This document shows, piece after piece, positions 1 to 13,649 of a DNA stretch of 64,000 nt. The notes below the pieces were generated by a model that worked only from the letters and a program-made list of their open reading frames with translations, did no database searches and was not told the origin of the DNA. A program made the position numbers and the translations under genes. Each line of letters begins with the position of its first letter. Positions within the stretch are counted from its first letter, which is position 1. The stretch comes from Cystobasidiomycetes sp. EMM_F5 (Eukaryota): contig JBPGPT010000002.1 in the NCBI GenBank assembly GCA_051047955.1, forward strand, positions 186,001 to 250,000. Direction: 5' to 3'.

Positions 1-143
1 GACTTTATGCGCTCTGAAGCTGCGTCGGGCAGCATCTGTGCCGCATCAAACGCTGCTTTGGCATTTCGTGCGACCTCTTCGGCAGCCGAAAGAGTTCCGT
101 TTTGAGTTCCATTTTTTGACGAGCCAGAGTCTGCGGACACCAT
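1..143 (-). CDS. PRO2: Gamma-glutamyl phosphate reductase, N-terminal part (runs off the window edge)
   Basis: Hand translation from the minus-strand ATG at 143 gives MVSADSGSSKNGTQNGTLSAAEEVARNAKAAFDAAQMLPDAASERIK. This resembles the fungal Pro2 N-terminus (AE.IAR.AK.AF.A.Q). Only 47 codons are visible. Confidence 0.6.
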   Translation of the reverse strand, partial: MVSADSGSSKNGTQNGTLSAAEEVARNAKAAFDAAQMLPDAASERIK

Positions 144-347
144 GGCAGCTTCGCAGCTAATTCATATGCAGAATGTGTACTTGTTGGAATGTCAAACCAT
201 CCAGAAACCGGCAGTCGGGTTTGGCGGCGCTCGATCAGCCATCAAGAGGCGTAAAGAGGCAGGCAAGCTTCTACCCATACCAACAACATGACCTTTTCAT
301 GACAGCTGTAACAGAATGAAACTGTCTGAAAGCTCCTAGTCCTGGCC

Positions 348-3285
348 TTGCTGCCCGAAGAGCAGACTAGCGCCCATGTCGAGCAGCCCATAACTGGTGC
401 TAGGCAATTAATACATATACAGCATTTCGATACAGTGCTCGTATGTGCTAGTAGACGGTATCTTCAGTCGATACAGCATCAACTCTTTAGCCTACTGAAG
501 CAGACCGACGTCCGCTTCTCAAGCCAACGATTACCATGCTTCTCCTGTACGAACTTACTGCAAGGGAGCACGAGCGATACATTGATCTTCTCGGGATTGA
601 TGTGAGCGCTCAAGATGCTCTGGCTCGAATCACTCGAGAAAGGGCCGACGGGACCAACAGATCCGCTTCTCCGGAGCCGGTGTACGCTCCTGCTCTGTCG
701 GGGTTGGATTTCTGGCAGGAATCGGCAGAGCAGACGACGTCTTCGTCTCTTGCACCTACGACTTCCCACGAGACGCTCAGCAAAAGCGTTACTGCCGTTT
801 TGAGTCTGCCAAAACCAGCACAACCAACTGAGGCCGAAATACAAGATTATATCACTAGGCTGTCTGATTTGCCAGACAAATGCGGAGCTTCAGCTATTGA
901 TGAAGATGTACGCAACGCCTACCGTCTTCAGCTCAAAGGACAAGCAAAAGCAAGTGACAACGGCCCGTCAAACCTCGAACGATTGATCGGGCTCTTTATC
1001 GACTGCTACGAAGCGAAACTTGTCCGACAAGAATCGCTTGCTGGTCAGTGTCATCACATCGATTTGTATGCAGAGGGGGGCGGAGTGTCTCGAGCGACCG
1101 TGAGGGCTGCCTCACCGCGAGGAGCGGCAGCAGAGACTGCAGAAGGCGTGCCGCCGGACCGTAGTCACATTGTCCGACAGCTCGATGATGACAGAAAACA
1201 CCTTGTGAGCTCCGCGTTACTTCGAGAATTGACCATCAGCTGGCCGCTGACTGTGTAATCGGTATCCGCTGAGCAAAGCCTGTCAAGCGGCATTCCCCAA
1301 CTTCGACAGTGGCATCATTGACGTCCGGTGCAACAACAGCGTCGTCGCTTATGCTAGCCACACCACAAGACGCTGATATAAACGATAGGAAGATAACATC
1401 AAGTACAACAAAGAGCAACGAACGCTCACCATTCTCACATTTAGCTCCTACGTTCGTCGACCGAAACAGCGGTCACACATCCACCCGCGCTCGAAAACCA
1501 CTTTCTACTAAATTAGCTGTCTTTAGAGAGTTAGCTGATCGTATTTCTAAAATCAGTCGATTCCGACAGCCTTCTCACGCCGTTAAAGCTCGCAAGATGT
1601 CGGCAGAGGTAGAAGTGGAGCCGATCGGGAGATCTGGCTGGTCGAAGGATATACCACGCAGTCAGCGTCCTGCAATCGCTTCTACTGAGGAGACAAAGGC
1701 AATCGAACCGACCGAAACCCCCATACACAATCCGACTTTAGACGAGTCGACGACCGAGCGACATCAAGTGCAGCAAGATCCGTCAATTCCGTCACTTAAT
1801 CACACCTCAGCAACAGGCGGTATGGCGTTGCAGCAGGATGTGGGTTCTGCGCGCCCTCACTCAGAGTTGAAACCGGTGCAGTCGAAGGGTCACGGCAGCG
1901 ACATCATAGTATACGATGCTGCGCATACAGCGAAGGTCGAGTCCGGACAAACTATAGCTCTCACTCTACAAGATCTGCTGCGGCAATTGGACTCGGCTGA
2001 GGCAAAGTACCTGGCATCGAAAGACGAGCCTCTCCGAGCGCCATCTCCGCCTACAGAAAATAGCCTTACGAAGTTGCTAAACAGCTTTGCTGGCCAAGAT
2101 AGCCACGATCGCATCCTATCAAGAACGTCTGAAATCGATCAACCTGCAAAGGCCGTCGACAATTCGGTACTCCAGCCAGTGCAAAACTTGCTTGGCGGAA
2201 CCTCAGCCACCAATCCGACGGACAGAGCTGAAACTGCCGAACAGCGCCAAGGCCCACCTGCACGTACAAAGTCAGACATTCCTGCAAAGTCAACAATTCC
2301 AATTTTTGACCGGGCGGTACCACCCAACAATGCAAGTGAGCAAGCGACATCTGTGCTGGACCTTGCAGAATTCGATAGCATTCTGGATACTTCCGTCACA
2401 TACGTGCAGTCTGTAGCGCAAGCCTCTCAAAGTCCACAGGCGCATCCCTCTCCCGCCAGAAAGTGGAGCGGCGTAGACTCAACGCTACCTCGGACTGGGC
2501 TAGTCGCCGAGCACGCAGACCCGATGGACAACAAGCAAGAACCTCCAAAGCCAGCTGCGGAGATGGACCCTTCTGCTGAGAAGGCACAAGGACTCGAATC
2601 TGCAACTCCGCCTTCGGTCCCGCAATCCGAACCAGCACAATGGACTACCATAGCTGCTGGATCAGGCTGGTCGTCCCCTTCCCCGGTGGGCCTCAGCAAA
2701 AATGCGACCAGCGTATCGCGTAAATCGTCACCTGTCACGTTTCAGAGTGGCAGCACATCTAGACGTACCTGGCGCGCTTTCACAGAATCACCTGTGTCAG
2801 CAAAGGGCACAGCTCGGCCTGATGTGGTCCCTGACGCCAAGACAGACGTGACGAATTGGGATGCAGAGTATGCAGAGATGTCTGAATGCGAGGCAGATCA
2901 GTCACGACCGGGCTATAGTGCATCTCGTCAGCTTTCGCCAACGGGAAGTAAGCGTGGAGAGGCTGTTGATAGGCCTACACAGGGGTCTCCGCATTCAGGC
3001 TGGACAGCTCTTTACGAGAGTAACGATAGATCACCGGCACAGCGTCAGTCTCGGCCATCGAACTGGTCGCTGCCAGCTATGAGAGAAGAAACGGTATCCA
3101 ACCACAGCAGGGCAGAAAAGTCCGCTAGTCTCCTCAGAAAGCCCAGTCTGGCACGAACTGGATTGCTTCAGCAGCAAAGAGGGCCAGGCAAGTCGCCGGA
3201 TCAAGCGAGAAGGAAGACGGAACTCGAGCTGTTTGATGACATTCTCAATGAGACGGATGAGATTGAGATTTACGCAGCCATGTAG
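348..3285 (+). CDS. Hypothetical protein, largely S/P/T/A-rich and disordered; multi-exon, 5' end uncertain
   Basis: Long ORFs 536-1258 and 1309-3285 are separated by a GTAATC...CTGAG...AAG intron-like gap. No domain recognised. Confidence 0.6.
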
Positions 3286-3521
3286 AGCTGAATGAGGAGA
3301 AGACAGAATGGATGAGTCGCCGTACTCTCCGTTCCAGGCGGGGGAGCAGGACGGCGCAAAACACTCGGAATGTGCAGTTCGTGTTGTTGTTGTTCGTACG
3401 AGGTTCACTTGAGGCTCCTTCATTACATCTGATCACATCGACTTGCATTACGAGCGCCAATTATGTCGGCCTGCTGGTCCAGACCAACACTAGACCTGCC
3501 GGCGACCCCAGCCCGCTCGCC

Positions 3522-4956
3522 ATGTTTTCATCATTGCTCGGAGGCTCAAACTCTGCGACTGCATCTGGATCCACTTCGTCGTCGTCATCGTCTGGCCCGG
3601 CCACCGCGACGTCTGTTGCGCAAGTCCGTGCACCGAAAGAGCGGCTGGCCAACCCAGAATCAGCGTTTGGACCGCTCACACAGCAGGATACATCATGGCT
3701 GTGCGCCGGAGGTTTCACTACAGAGACGCAAACATTCTACGCAATGTCGGGCGGGAAATCACCCAAGTTTATCATGGTCCAGGTCATTCACTCGGCGGTT
3801 GGGTGAGGCTGGGCTCGTGGTCGTGAGAGCGTAGAGAAGTGCTAACGTAGGTATTTCCTACAGCATGTGGTATCCTCAGATCCAATTCACCTTCCGTTTC
3901 TATGATCCTGCGACCGGACACAAGGAATGGCGCAGTGCAAATGTATCTGGCTTCTCGACGGCGCCGACGATTGGTAGCACAAAGTACGACAAGCGCTCCT
4001 CGAAGTCTAACGAATTTAGCATCCTTGTCGATCCACAAAAATCCGACATGTATACTATCGAAGGAAAGTACGACGACAATACGCAGGTATCGCTCAAGTT
4101 CAAGCGCGCCGAGCATGCACCGGGCTGGAAGCTTGGGAGTGGACCAAAAGGAGGAATGACATACTTTGGCGCAGAAAAGAAGAGTGCTGCCGCCGGAGGA
4201 GAACCCGACTATACCAGCGGTGCAGACGGCTTTGTCGTGCATCGTTTCTGGCCGAGGTGTACCGTCTCGGGAATTGTGAGAATGGGCAATGAAATCATCT
4301 CGCTGGACGGGTCGCAAGATGGAGCTAGAGGAGTCTTCATTCACGCCATTCAAGGGATGCGACCCAACCTTGTCGCTTGCAGATGGAACTTTGGCTATTT
4401 CAATTCCACTGATGAGAAGGAGGGTGTCAGCTTGTTATCCATGGAGTTCACCACTACATACTCTTACGGTTCCAAGACCATCAACATTGGCAGCATTGTC
4501 GTCGACGACCGCCTCGTAGCAGTCATCTCAGAAGGTAGCGTCGAGCACTTGGATACCGAGCCCATTGACGCCGATACGAGCTATCCTGCACCTGGGAAGA
4601 TCCGCTTTGCCTGGAACAAGGGAAGATCGCTCACTTCGAGCAATTCGTCCGAAGTCAAGGCAGAAATACTGCTCGATCTGACACCGGAGGGCGGGCATGG
4701 TGCCCCGTTAAGTGGAGCGTCGCAACCGCGTAATTTCCGCGGACTTATCGAAAAGGTGGACGTCTTGGCTCAGATCCCATACCTCGTCAAGAAGGTCATA
4801 TCGTACGTCGCCGGCACTAAACCCTACATCTACCAATGTCACAACTCGGCGACGGCAAGCATTTCCCTGCCAGCAGACAACGATAGTACTGAGCCGAGGC
4901 AGCTCAGCGTGGACGGATATATATTTACCGAGACGACCTTTATCAGTCCTAATTGA
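3522..4956 (+). CDS. SVF1: Svf1 family protein (survival factor 1, lipocalin-like ceramide-binding)
   Basis: ATG 3522, intron 3803-3863. Motifs TETQTFY, QVIHSAVG-MWYPQIQF, HRFWPR, FIHAIQGMRPNLVA.RWNF, MEFTT and EKVDVLAQIPY..K...AGTKPYIYQ. Confidence 0.9.
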
Positions 4957-5361
4957 TGTGTTGCGGGGCTGCTTGTGATTATGACTTGTCTGTTCTGTAT
5001 CTTCCCTGCAACGCTCCACTAATATCAGTAAGTACACGTCGTCAATACAACCTGCCTGTGACTGCATTTACACGGATCGTCAACGGTTTCTGTCTTGCTT
5101 CATCGTAGCCGTTTGACTTGACGCGCCCAAGAGTTTTCCGATTGCTGCGAATGACGTCGGGCTCAAAGTTGGACACAAACCCTCGGCGCGTGAAGACTCT
5201 GGGTTTCTTGTGTACGCTATTGCGCTGCATCCAACAAGGTTGGCATACATATCGCTGTTCAGAGCCCTCTCATCAGCCGCAGTCCGGTCGCCGCGTAAAG
5301 GGTGCGCATTGGGCCGATAAAGCGATAACTAAAGTCAAAGGTTTGGCATACTTCTGCCAAG

Positions 5362-8300
5362 ATGGCAATCTCGGACCATCAGATGGGTGAGCAGCGGACA
5401 CTCGTTTGACTGGATCAGCTAGGAAGGGGATGGCGTCGCTGAAGATTGGCCTGGTTGACCATAATGTCACTCTTAATAGGCGAGGGATACTCGGAACATC
5501 GCAAGGTCTGTCCAAGCAGACTGTGCTCTCATCAATGAATTCCTGCTGACGGATTGTATCGATACCGTGCTCGTAAATCTGGATCATTGAACATATCCTT
5601 CATGCTTGTGTACAACGTCACACACCAACGCATTTCCCATGGTCTATGACAGATTCCCAACGTCTGGGAATTCCGCAAGCTGCAACAAGACAGAGCAAAG
5701 AATACCGACGAGCGGGCACAGGCGTTAGTCAGGTCCGCTGGAGAGAAAGATGATGATGACAGCGACTACTTGGCGCCGGCAACAGACGACGAATCAACGC
5801 AAGCACAGCGAGGTGGATCTCGTCGTCAGAAAGGCAGACAGTCTGCAGATGCTGGTACCGACGACGAAGAGCTCGACGTCAGCAAGCTCCCCAGAGGCGA
5901 TGCCGAACCGTCCAATGCTGCCGAGGAAAAGGACCTGATGATGAAGAAGGCGAATGAAGGTCACAAGACAAACAAAGTGGAGCTCAAAGGGGCTCGAGTT
6001 GTCAAAGACCCCGTAACGGGCGAAGACGTAGTCGTGAAGGATGCAGAATACACCTGTAAGGCAACGTCCTTGAACTTTGGGCGAGAAGGCAGCTAATATA
6101 GTGTACATTCGCAGCATATGATGCAGCTTCCGTTGATCCTACCAGGCCAGATGTTACAGGCCCTTCCCTTGCCGCTCCTCCACGGAATCCAGAAGCCTAC
6201 AATACTATTCACACTTCGCCAAAGCCAGCTAGCCCCACAAACATTCTCCTACAACCATATCCCGCACCCGTTGACGTCAAGACTATGACTTCTATCCATG
6301 GGACACTCAACACCATCGCATCTGGTGTAGGAGCCGGTCTCGCTGTCCTTTGGTTCTTGGTAGCATTCCGAGCGGGCTTTTGGGCGTTCTTCATTCGCTC
6401 ATCCCTCATCTTCACTATCGGAATAGGCACGTTTTTCGCCACGGGTATCCTCGGGAGAAAGCTCGAAAAGGATCTGGAACGCGCTAGGGGCGAAATGCAC
6501 AGGAAGAGGGGCATAAGTCATTCCCCGCCTGTTCCCGAGTCTACAGAATGGCTGTGAGGGCCTGTATCCTACCTCGAACTACGTCCTATGCTGACTCGGT
6601 TCGCTATCTTAGCAATGCATTGTTTGCTGTCGTATGGCCTTTGATCGATCCGTCCTTGTTTGCATCCGTGGTGGATATGGTCGAAGATATCATGCAGGCA
6701 TCTCTCCCCAAGTTCGTCGATGCAGTCCGTATCAGCGATGTTGGTCTCGGCAGCAACCCGTTCCGGATTATCGCTATGCGTGGGTTGCCTGATAAGCAGG
6801 AGGACAAGGACTATCCAAAGGAAGAATGGATATATAGGGCGAAACCTTCAGACGCACAGGTTGCTGACACACCTGGAAATAGCTCGGGGTCGATTAATGG
6901 GCCCCAAGGAGCGGCTCGCAATGTGCAAGCGCAGCAGGGTATCGATGGCGAGAAGGAGCGGCAGGCGAAAATTGAAAGGGGACAGAAGACAAAGGCCGAG
7001 CAGGGAGAGCCATCCATGAATAATGTCGACAAGACAGAGGAAGAGCTCGATCAATCTGGTGATTATGTGGTAAGTCCCGGTATACAACTTAATTTAGCTC
7101 TTACTTATGCGCTAAAACGTCACCAGAACTACGAATTGAGCTTGTTATATCAGGCTAGACCAGGCAAAAACACCAACCAACGGGCCAGCAACATTCATTT
7201 GCTTATCGAATTCTTCCTTGGAGCAGTAAGTCTAGTGCATTTGATGACAAACCTTTGCTGATGATGTTTACCATAGTACGGTGCGTTTGAGATAGGTTGG
7301 CCGCTTCAGTGGGTGCTGAGATTAGTATGTCGTCCACACCAGACTGGTTCCATATCCCTATACCCATCTGGATTCAAGTCGAAGGTATCGTAGTGACGGT
7401 CAGACTGCGCATGCAGATGGTTCCGCAGATTCCCTACCTGCGCAATTTGACATTTACCTTGATGGGCGTCCCAAAAGTGGAAATCTCGGCAATACCAATG
7501 TCGAGGCTGGTGTGTACTACCGCTTGCACGGAGCCGAGCCTGTTAGCCGGACTGACAATGCAATATTTACTGCCGACTGATTAGCTGCCCAATGTGCTGG
7601 ACCTGCCACTCATTTCTGGGTTCGTGCAAAGCAGCATTGCAGCCGCAGCCAACGAGTACGTTGCTCCGAAGAGTATGACACTTAATATGGCGCAAATCAT
7701 TTCGGGCGACGGCATCAAGAAAGACACTCTAGCTTTGGGTATCTTTGTTATTACCCTCCATTATGCAGAGGACTTGTCCGCCCAAGATAACAATGGCAAA
7801 TCGGATCCGTATATTGTCTTGTCATACGCGAAATTTGGCAAGCCGCTGTATTCTACGCGCATCATTATGGGAGATCTCAGTATGTTCCAAGTTCTTCGCT
7901 GGCACCTAGCGGCATAATGATTAACAAGCTTCATACAGATCCGGTCTTCGAGGAGACTGCTGTCCTACTGGTGTCAGCCGATGAAGTCAAAGCCAAGGAG
8001 TCACTCAGTATCCAGCTATGGGATAATGACAAGTACGCATGCAATTGTCAGTGACATAGTAGACAGGTCGTGCTGATCAGCTGGATAACAGAATGTCTGC
8101 GGACGACCTCGTTGGGCGCATTCACATTCCTTTGTCTGAGTTGATGGACAAGCCAGGCAAAGTTCAGCGTCGGACAGATCGTCTACAAGGCTTCGAAGAC
8201 TCGGACTCGATGAAGGGCACCCTGACCTGGTCCATAGCTTACTACGAGAAGGCCAAGCTGGAAGAGAAGCGCGCAACTGAAAAGGGTACAGCCGAACGAC

Positions 8301-10063
8301 TACCTAAAGAAATTAAGGAGAAGCCTGATGCAGAGCAACAACCGGCCGTGACGGACACTAAGGAAGAGACGTTGGCTTTACACGTCCCTCCGCGTCAAGA
8401 TCTCAAGAGTGGCGTCTTCAGCATCATCATTCATCAGATTAATCAATTGGAAAGGCAGAACCTCAAAGGTGCCTCTGGCTCCAAGAAGAAGCGCGAGACT
8501 ACAGCCGGGCAAGACACTGATGCACCAGAGGAGGAGGGGCCGAACCTCCCGAATTCGTACTGCGAAATTTACGTAAACGACAACATGATTTACAAGACGC
8601 GGACCAAGATGTACACGAGCATGCCATTCTTTGAGGCAGGAACAGAGTACTTCGTCAGAGATTGGGTGGGTTCTCCTATTTCACCGTAATAGGCATGTGC
8701 TGACTTCCGAACTACATCTAGACCACTGGTATGTCGCCTAAGGATCGAAACATGATCCGCTGAGCTTACTGACATTCTCCACAGCCGTGGTGCGAATTGC
8801 TGTCCGAGACGCACGGTAAGATCACAGCTGACTAGCTGCATACGAGTCTGTTACTGACTATTAAGTCTTCTACCTAGACTTCGCGAGCACGACCCGCTAC
8901 TCGGCATCGTCAGCGCCAAGCTGTCTGACCTTCTCGCTGGCAGTTCACAAGTCACTCAGATGATGGCTCTCCAGGAGGGTGTTGGTAAGCCAGCTGTGGC
9001 AATGCACCCCGAACGGCTATGCTGATCTTGAACTTTTTAGGCTTTGGTCGAATGAACGTTTCTTTCCTTTTCAAAGCTGTAGATGCCCAATTGCCGAAGA
9101 ATATGCTCGGCTGGGAGACTGGCACTGTCGAAGTCCTTTCAGACATTACCTTCGACTCTTCGGAAACCGACAGCGACTTTCACACCAAGAAATTGTTGCT
9201 CAGCACAAACGACAGCGAGTACAAAGTGTCTTCCAAATCTGCACATATCGATGGAGCGCAGACAACTTGGGACATTGGCGATGACGATATCCGCATTCCG
9301 GTATACAACCGTTTTGCCAACGCCTTACACTTTGAGATTGGAGGATCCGGTCTGCTGTCCAAGCATCCTGAAGCAGTGGCCTTGTTATGGCTTCGCGACT
9401 TGGTAGACGAAGAGGAGAAACAGTGCGTCTCATATAATACCAGAGGCTTCCGCTAGTGCTGACAGTATCTTTCAGAGTACGCTTGCCGGTTATCAAGGGC
9501 AGCACGATGTCACTTCTCCGTCAGAATTACCTCAGCGAACAAATGTTGAAGACCCATCCGCATGAAGTGATCGGCTATTTGACCTGCACAGTTCGCATGG
9601 ATCCAGGGCTGGTGAGTATCCGGAATTGCGCATTACGTAGTAGGCGCAGGCTGATGAGTGTACTGAATGGCCACAGGACCCTGACCACGAATTGGCGGCG
9701 CAGAGAACCAATGCATACCGTCATGGTTTCGAAGTCTATGATCACGTAGAAGGACAAGCAAAGGTTGCCGAGGCCAATTCTCATGCAAATGACGACGGTG
9801 TCGTAGATAAACAAGAGCAGAAGGCGCTTGACCGGGCACACAAGAAGGCTTTGGAGTCTCGACACCGCGGGTAAGCTTTGCTAACCGGTATGATTACATA
9901 GTGGTATGTGCTGACATTGGTACGTAGGAAAATGCAAATTAGTGCGGTCCGCAGTTTAACGTGGATGAAGGATGGCTTGAAGGCGAGAAAGAACGCCCTA
10001 AAAGCAAAGTTGCCGGGGCAGGAGCCACTACCACGCGAACCTCCGGTAGCTAGCGAAGTATGA
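5362..10063 (+). CDS. Mug190/tricalbin-like SMP- and C2-domain membrane-contact protein (many introns)
   Basis: Spliced N-terminus MAISDHQMGEGYSEHRK-IPNVWEF, then a hydrophobic hairpin. SMP signature PES.EWLN...DMVEDIMQASLPKFV...LDLPLISGFVQSSIAAA..EYVAPKSMTL. C2 motifs SDPYIVLSYAKFGKPLYSTRII and DDLVGR. C-terminus REPPVASEV*. Confidence 0.85.
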
Positions 10064-10314
10064 TCCCCGACTGAGACGAAGTGAAATGAAATAGGCAGCG
10101 CTGAAACACACGACATCGGCTTCGAGAAGTGCCAATGTAAGATGTAGATGACCTGTGAAGGTAGCGAGTAGCGAGTAGAGTGCAATGACAGAAGCTTTCG
10201 GACAAGCATAGTCCGCGATGCCGCTCCCTCTATCGTTCCAGGCAGTATGTAGCAGCGCCGTGACATTGCCCAACGGCCAACTTAGATAACCGCTTGTCCA
10301 GCAAAAATGCCAGC

Positions 10315-13300
10315 ATGGGACTGCCGAATGGACCGTCCACGCCAATCAACCGGAGCTCTGGACTGCCTGAGGGCGGTAACATCATGATGCTGCCTTCGCG
10401 CCTGAATGCTTCTGTGCAAGCAACGCAAGATGATGAGTATGGCGACTGCACGACCATCGACTGGCCCCGCGAATATGCCAAAGAACGTCTGCGACATCTA
10501 TCCATTGGCAACGAGCGCGGCCTGCCTGGCCTTTGGGCAAGAGTTAAAGAAGCAGCTCTGCCATGGGTGGTCATTACGGTACGGCCGGATCAATGCATAA
10601 CTACAGCGTATGCCATTGACGCGGTATCGTGATTGCATAGGGAACCGGCATTTGCGTTGGCTTGCTCGCTGGCTACCTCGATATCTTGACTTTGTGGTTG
10701 AGGTGTGTGTATATGTGGTCGCGATTGACGAGATAGCCAGGCTGATTCGTCTGCAGCGATCTCAAGCAAGGAGTATGTCCCGCTGACTTTCACCTGAGTC
10801 GTGATGCTTGTTGTGCGGGCCTGGAGGTGAGCCTGGCGCTACATTCTGACAACACACCATTTACACGTCTTCTAAACGCAGCCTGGCGAGGCATGCTACT
10901 CTTGGGTGCAGTGGAACGACTTCTTCAATGTACATACATCTGGGATGCGGTCTGTCATCGCATACTTCATATATCTCGTGATTTCCGTATTCTTGGCAAC
11001 ATCATCTGCCATTCTCGTGCAAAGCTATGCTCCGCAAGCCTTTCATACTGGAATTCCTGGTGCGCACATGATTTGTCCTTTGCAAGCCTTGCGGTCTGAC
11101 GAAATATTCAGAAATCAAATCTATCCTCAACGGATATATTCTGCAGAACTTCCTTTCCGGCTGGACCCTAGTGACAAAGGCCGTCGGCCTCGTACGTTTA
11201 CTGTAACTATCCAATCTTCAGACTTCATCTAACCCTCATACGCAACAGACTCTGTCTGTGGCGTCTGGACTTTCGCTGGGCAAAGAAGGGCCGCTTGTCC
11301 ACGTCGCTTGTTGTATCGGCTCGATTCTCTGCAGCTGGACGGGCATGTTCAGACAAAACGAAGGTGAGCCATGATTTGGCTTGAGGCAAGTTCAACAGCT
11401 GCTGAGAATAGACATCGCTCAGCCCGTAAGCGGGAGATTCTGTCGGCTGCCGCGGCTGCGGGAGTATCAGTGGCATTCGGAGCTCCGCTTGGCGGCGTTC
11501 TTTTCAGCTTGTAAGAAACAAGCTCTTGTAACGGGCCACCGGCTGAAGCTTATATTACCGTACACAGAGAGGAAATGTCGTCATTCTTCCCTGACGCCGT
11601 GCTGTGGCAAAGCTTCGTTTGCGCGATAGTGGCCGCTGTCACTTTGCAATACTTGGATCCGTACGGGACCGGCAGGTACGGCCACGCTTAGAGCTCAGCT
11701 TCAGCAGCTGCGCTGCGTGCATTAACATGTCTCAACAGGTTGGTCCTGTTCCAGGTCACCGCATCCCAAGTATGGCGGGGATTCGAGTTTATACCCTTTG
11801 TGTTCCTCGGAATAATCGGCGGCATTTTCGGCCACTTCTTTATTCGCTTCAATATAACGTATGCACGTTTCCGGGCCGCCGAGTTTGCGAATCAGCCAAT
11901 TATCGAAGTTGCGGTAGTATCGCTTCTTACATCACTGGTATCATTTCTCATTGTCTATGCAAAGTAGAGACCTCAATACTCAGCTATTGTATTGACACTG
12001 ACCTTCTTCTTGTAGGATTCCAACGTCAGAGCTGGTTGAAAGCCTATTCTCTGACTGTTCGAATGATCTGTACGGATTGTGCGAGTAAGTCCAATCTGAG
12101 CGTCTTGACCTATATTAGTAACGGCAGATCGCAGTCGTGATCACCAGATGAACGTAGTCTTCTTGCTTCTGTACGTCTGCTCATATGCCGTCAGCAGGTC
12201 TAGGCTTTAGCTGACAATGCTCGAAAGTGTCACGGCTTTAGCGAAAACGGTGATGACTGCTGTGACCTTCGGCTTGCGTGTTCCAGCTGGCATATTTCTG
12301 CCGAGTGAGATATTTGGCCCTCCACCTGGCTTTGACGTGAGCTGATGTAGATTATGTCGATATAAGCCATCGCTATCGGCAGCTGCGTCGGTCGAGCGGT
12401 TGGCATAATCGTCTCCCGTCTACAGCAGTCGTACCCGCTCTTCTTTCTCTTTTCTGGCTGTCCAGTCGATGGACCATGTATATCTCCGACCATCTATGCA
12501 GTCATAGGGTAATCTCCTTGTGTTGCTCCTTCAAGGTAGTGCTGCTGACATATGTGTCAAGGGCGGCGGCATTCTTGGGCGGAGTGACCCGTATGACAAT
12601 CAGCCTAGTGGTTGTATTCTTCGAATTGACCGGCGCCGTGACGAGTGTCCTTTCAATCATGATCGCGGTGATGGTCAGCAAGGTGAGGGCGTCCGTACAT
12701 GTTGTACGCGGTCGCTCGTATCTGAGCTTCGAAATCTCAGTTTACTGGGGACTTTTTAGCGAACGACGGAATATATGAGAGCTGGATCAAGTTGCGCTGC
12801 TATGCCTTCCTAGATCCGAAAGTAGAGTATCGTCGGGATACTGTCACCGCAGCAGATATCATGACTCCGCTGTCAGCCCTGCAAGTCGTCACGGAGCAAG
12901 AAATGACCATCGCGCAACTCAACAAGATTACTTTGGACGATAGGTACCGAGGATATCCAATCGTAACGGTTGAACATGATCCCATCTTGTGCGGTTACAT
13001 TCTCACTAGCGATCTGCGGCAAGCTCTGAGTAGGCTAGTCATTACACTTCTTATGATGGGGTTAGCTGACGCCTTCGTAGCCGCTGTGCATCATCGCGGC
13101 TCAATTGTCGGGTCAGCAAAGTGTACATTTGCAAGGGGCTGTCAAGAATCAAGCACCGATGTCATCGATTTGTCCGCTTGGGCTAACGATACTCCGATGA
13201 CCATGTCGGTGAACAGCGCGAGTGAGGTCATCGTTCAGCTATTCCAGAGATTAGTGAGCCCCTTTGGCGGATCTCGTTTGAATTGATATTGACGCCATGC

Positions 13301-13611
13301 AGGGAATACGGTGTCTACTTTTGACAGATCAGGGCCGTCTAGCAGGCTTGCTGACAAAGGCGGTATGTGGTGGATTCAGCTGCCTGGACAGAAACTGAAG
13401 ATCCGCACAGGATGTCCATCATCATATAACCGAGACTAGTCCGCCTTTGTCGGGCGGCAGCCTCTTTCGCCGGCGACGCGTAGCAGTAGAGCAGATTTAT
13501 GAAAACGTCAATAATGTCGAACATGCTCCGTCGATGTCGGATGATCAGGGCGACGGAATCGCGCTGTTGTCGGAGGCAAGGGGGGATAGATCTTTGGATG
13601 GGCGATTATAG
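10315..13611 (+). CDS. CLC family chloride channel / Cl-/H+ antiporter with CBS domains (start codon uncertain)
   Basis: Spliced motifs [70 protein letters not shown], and CBS-type GYPIV. Confidence 0.9.
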
Positions 13612-13649
13612 AATCATACGTTTGTTGTATGACGAGACCATAGAGACCA

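Noticed and set aside
7311..7342. GGGTGCTGAGATTA resembling the start of a fungal TPP riboswitch (also GAACCTGAT in MFS intron 1)
   Set aside because: The rest of the aptamer is missing. CTGAG and CTGAT are simply intron branch points.
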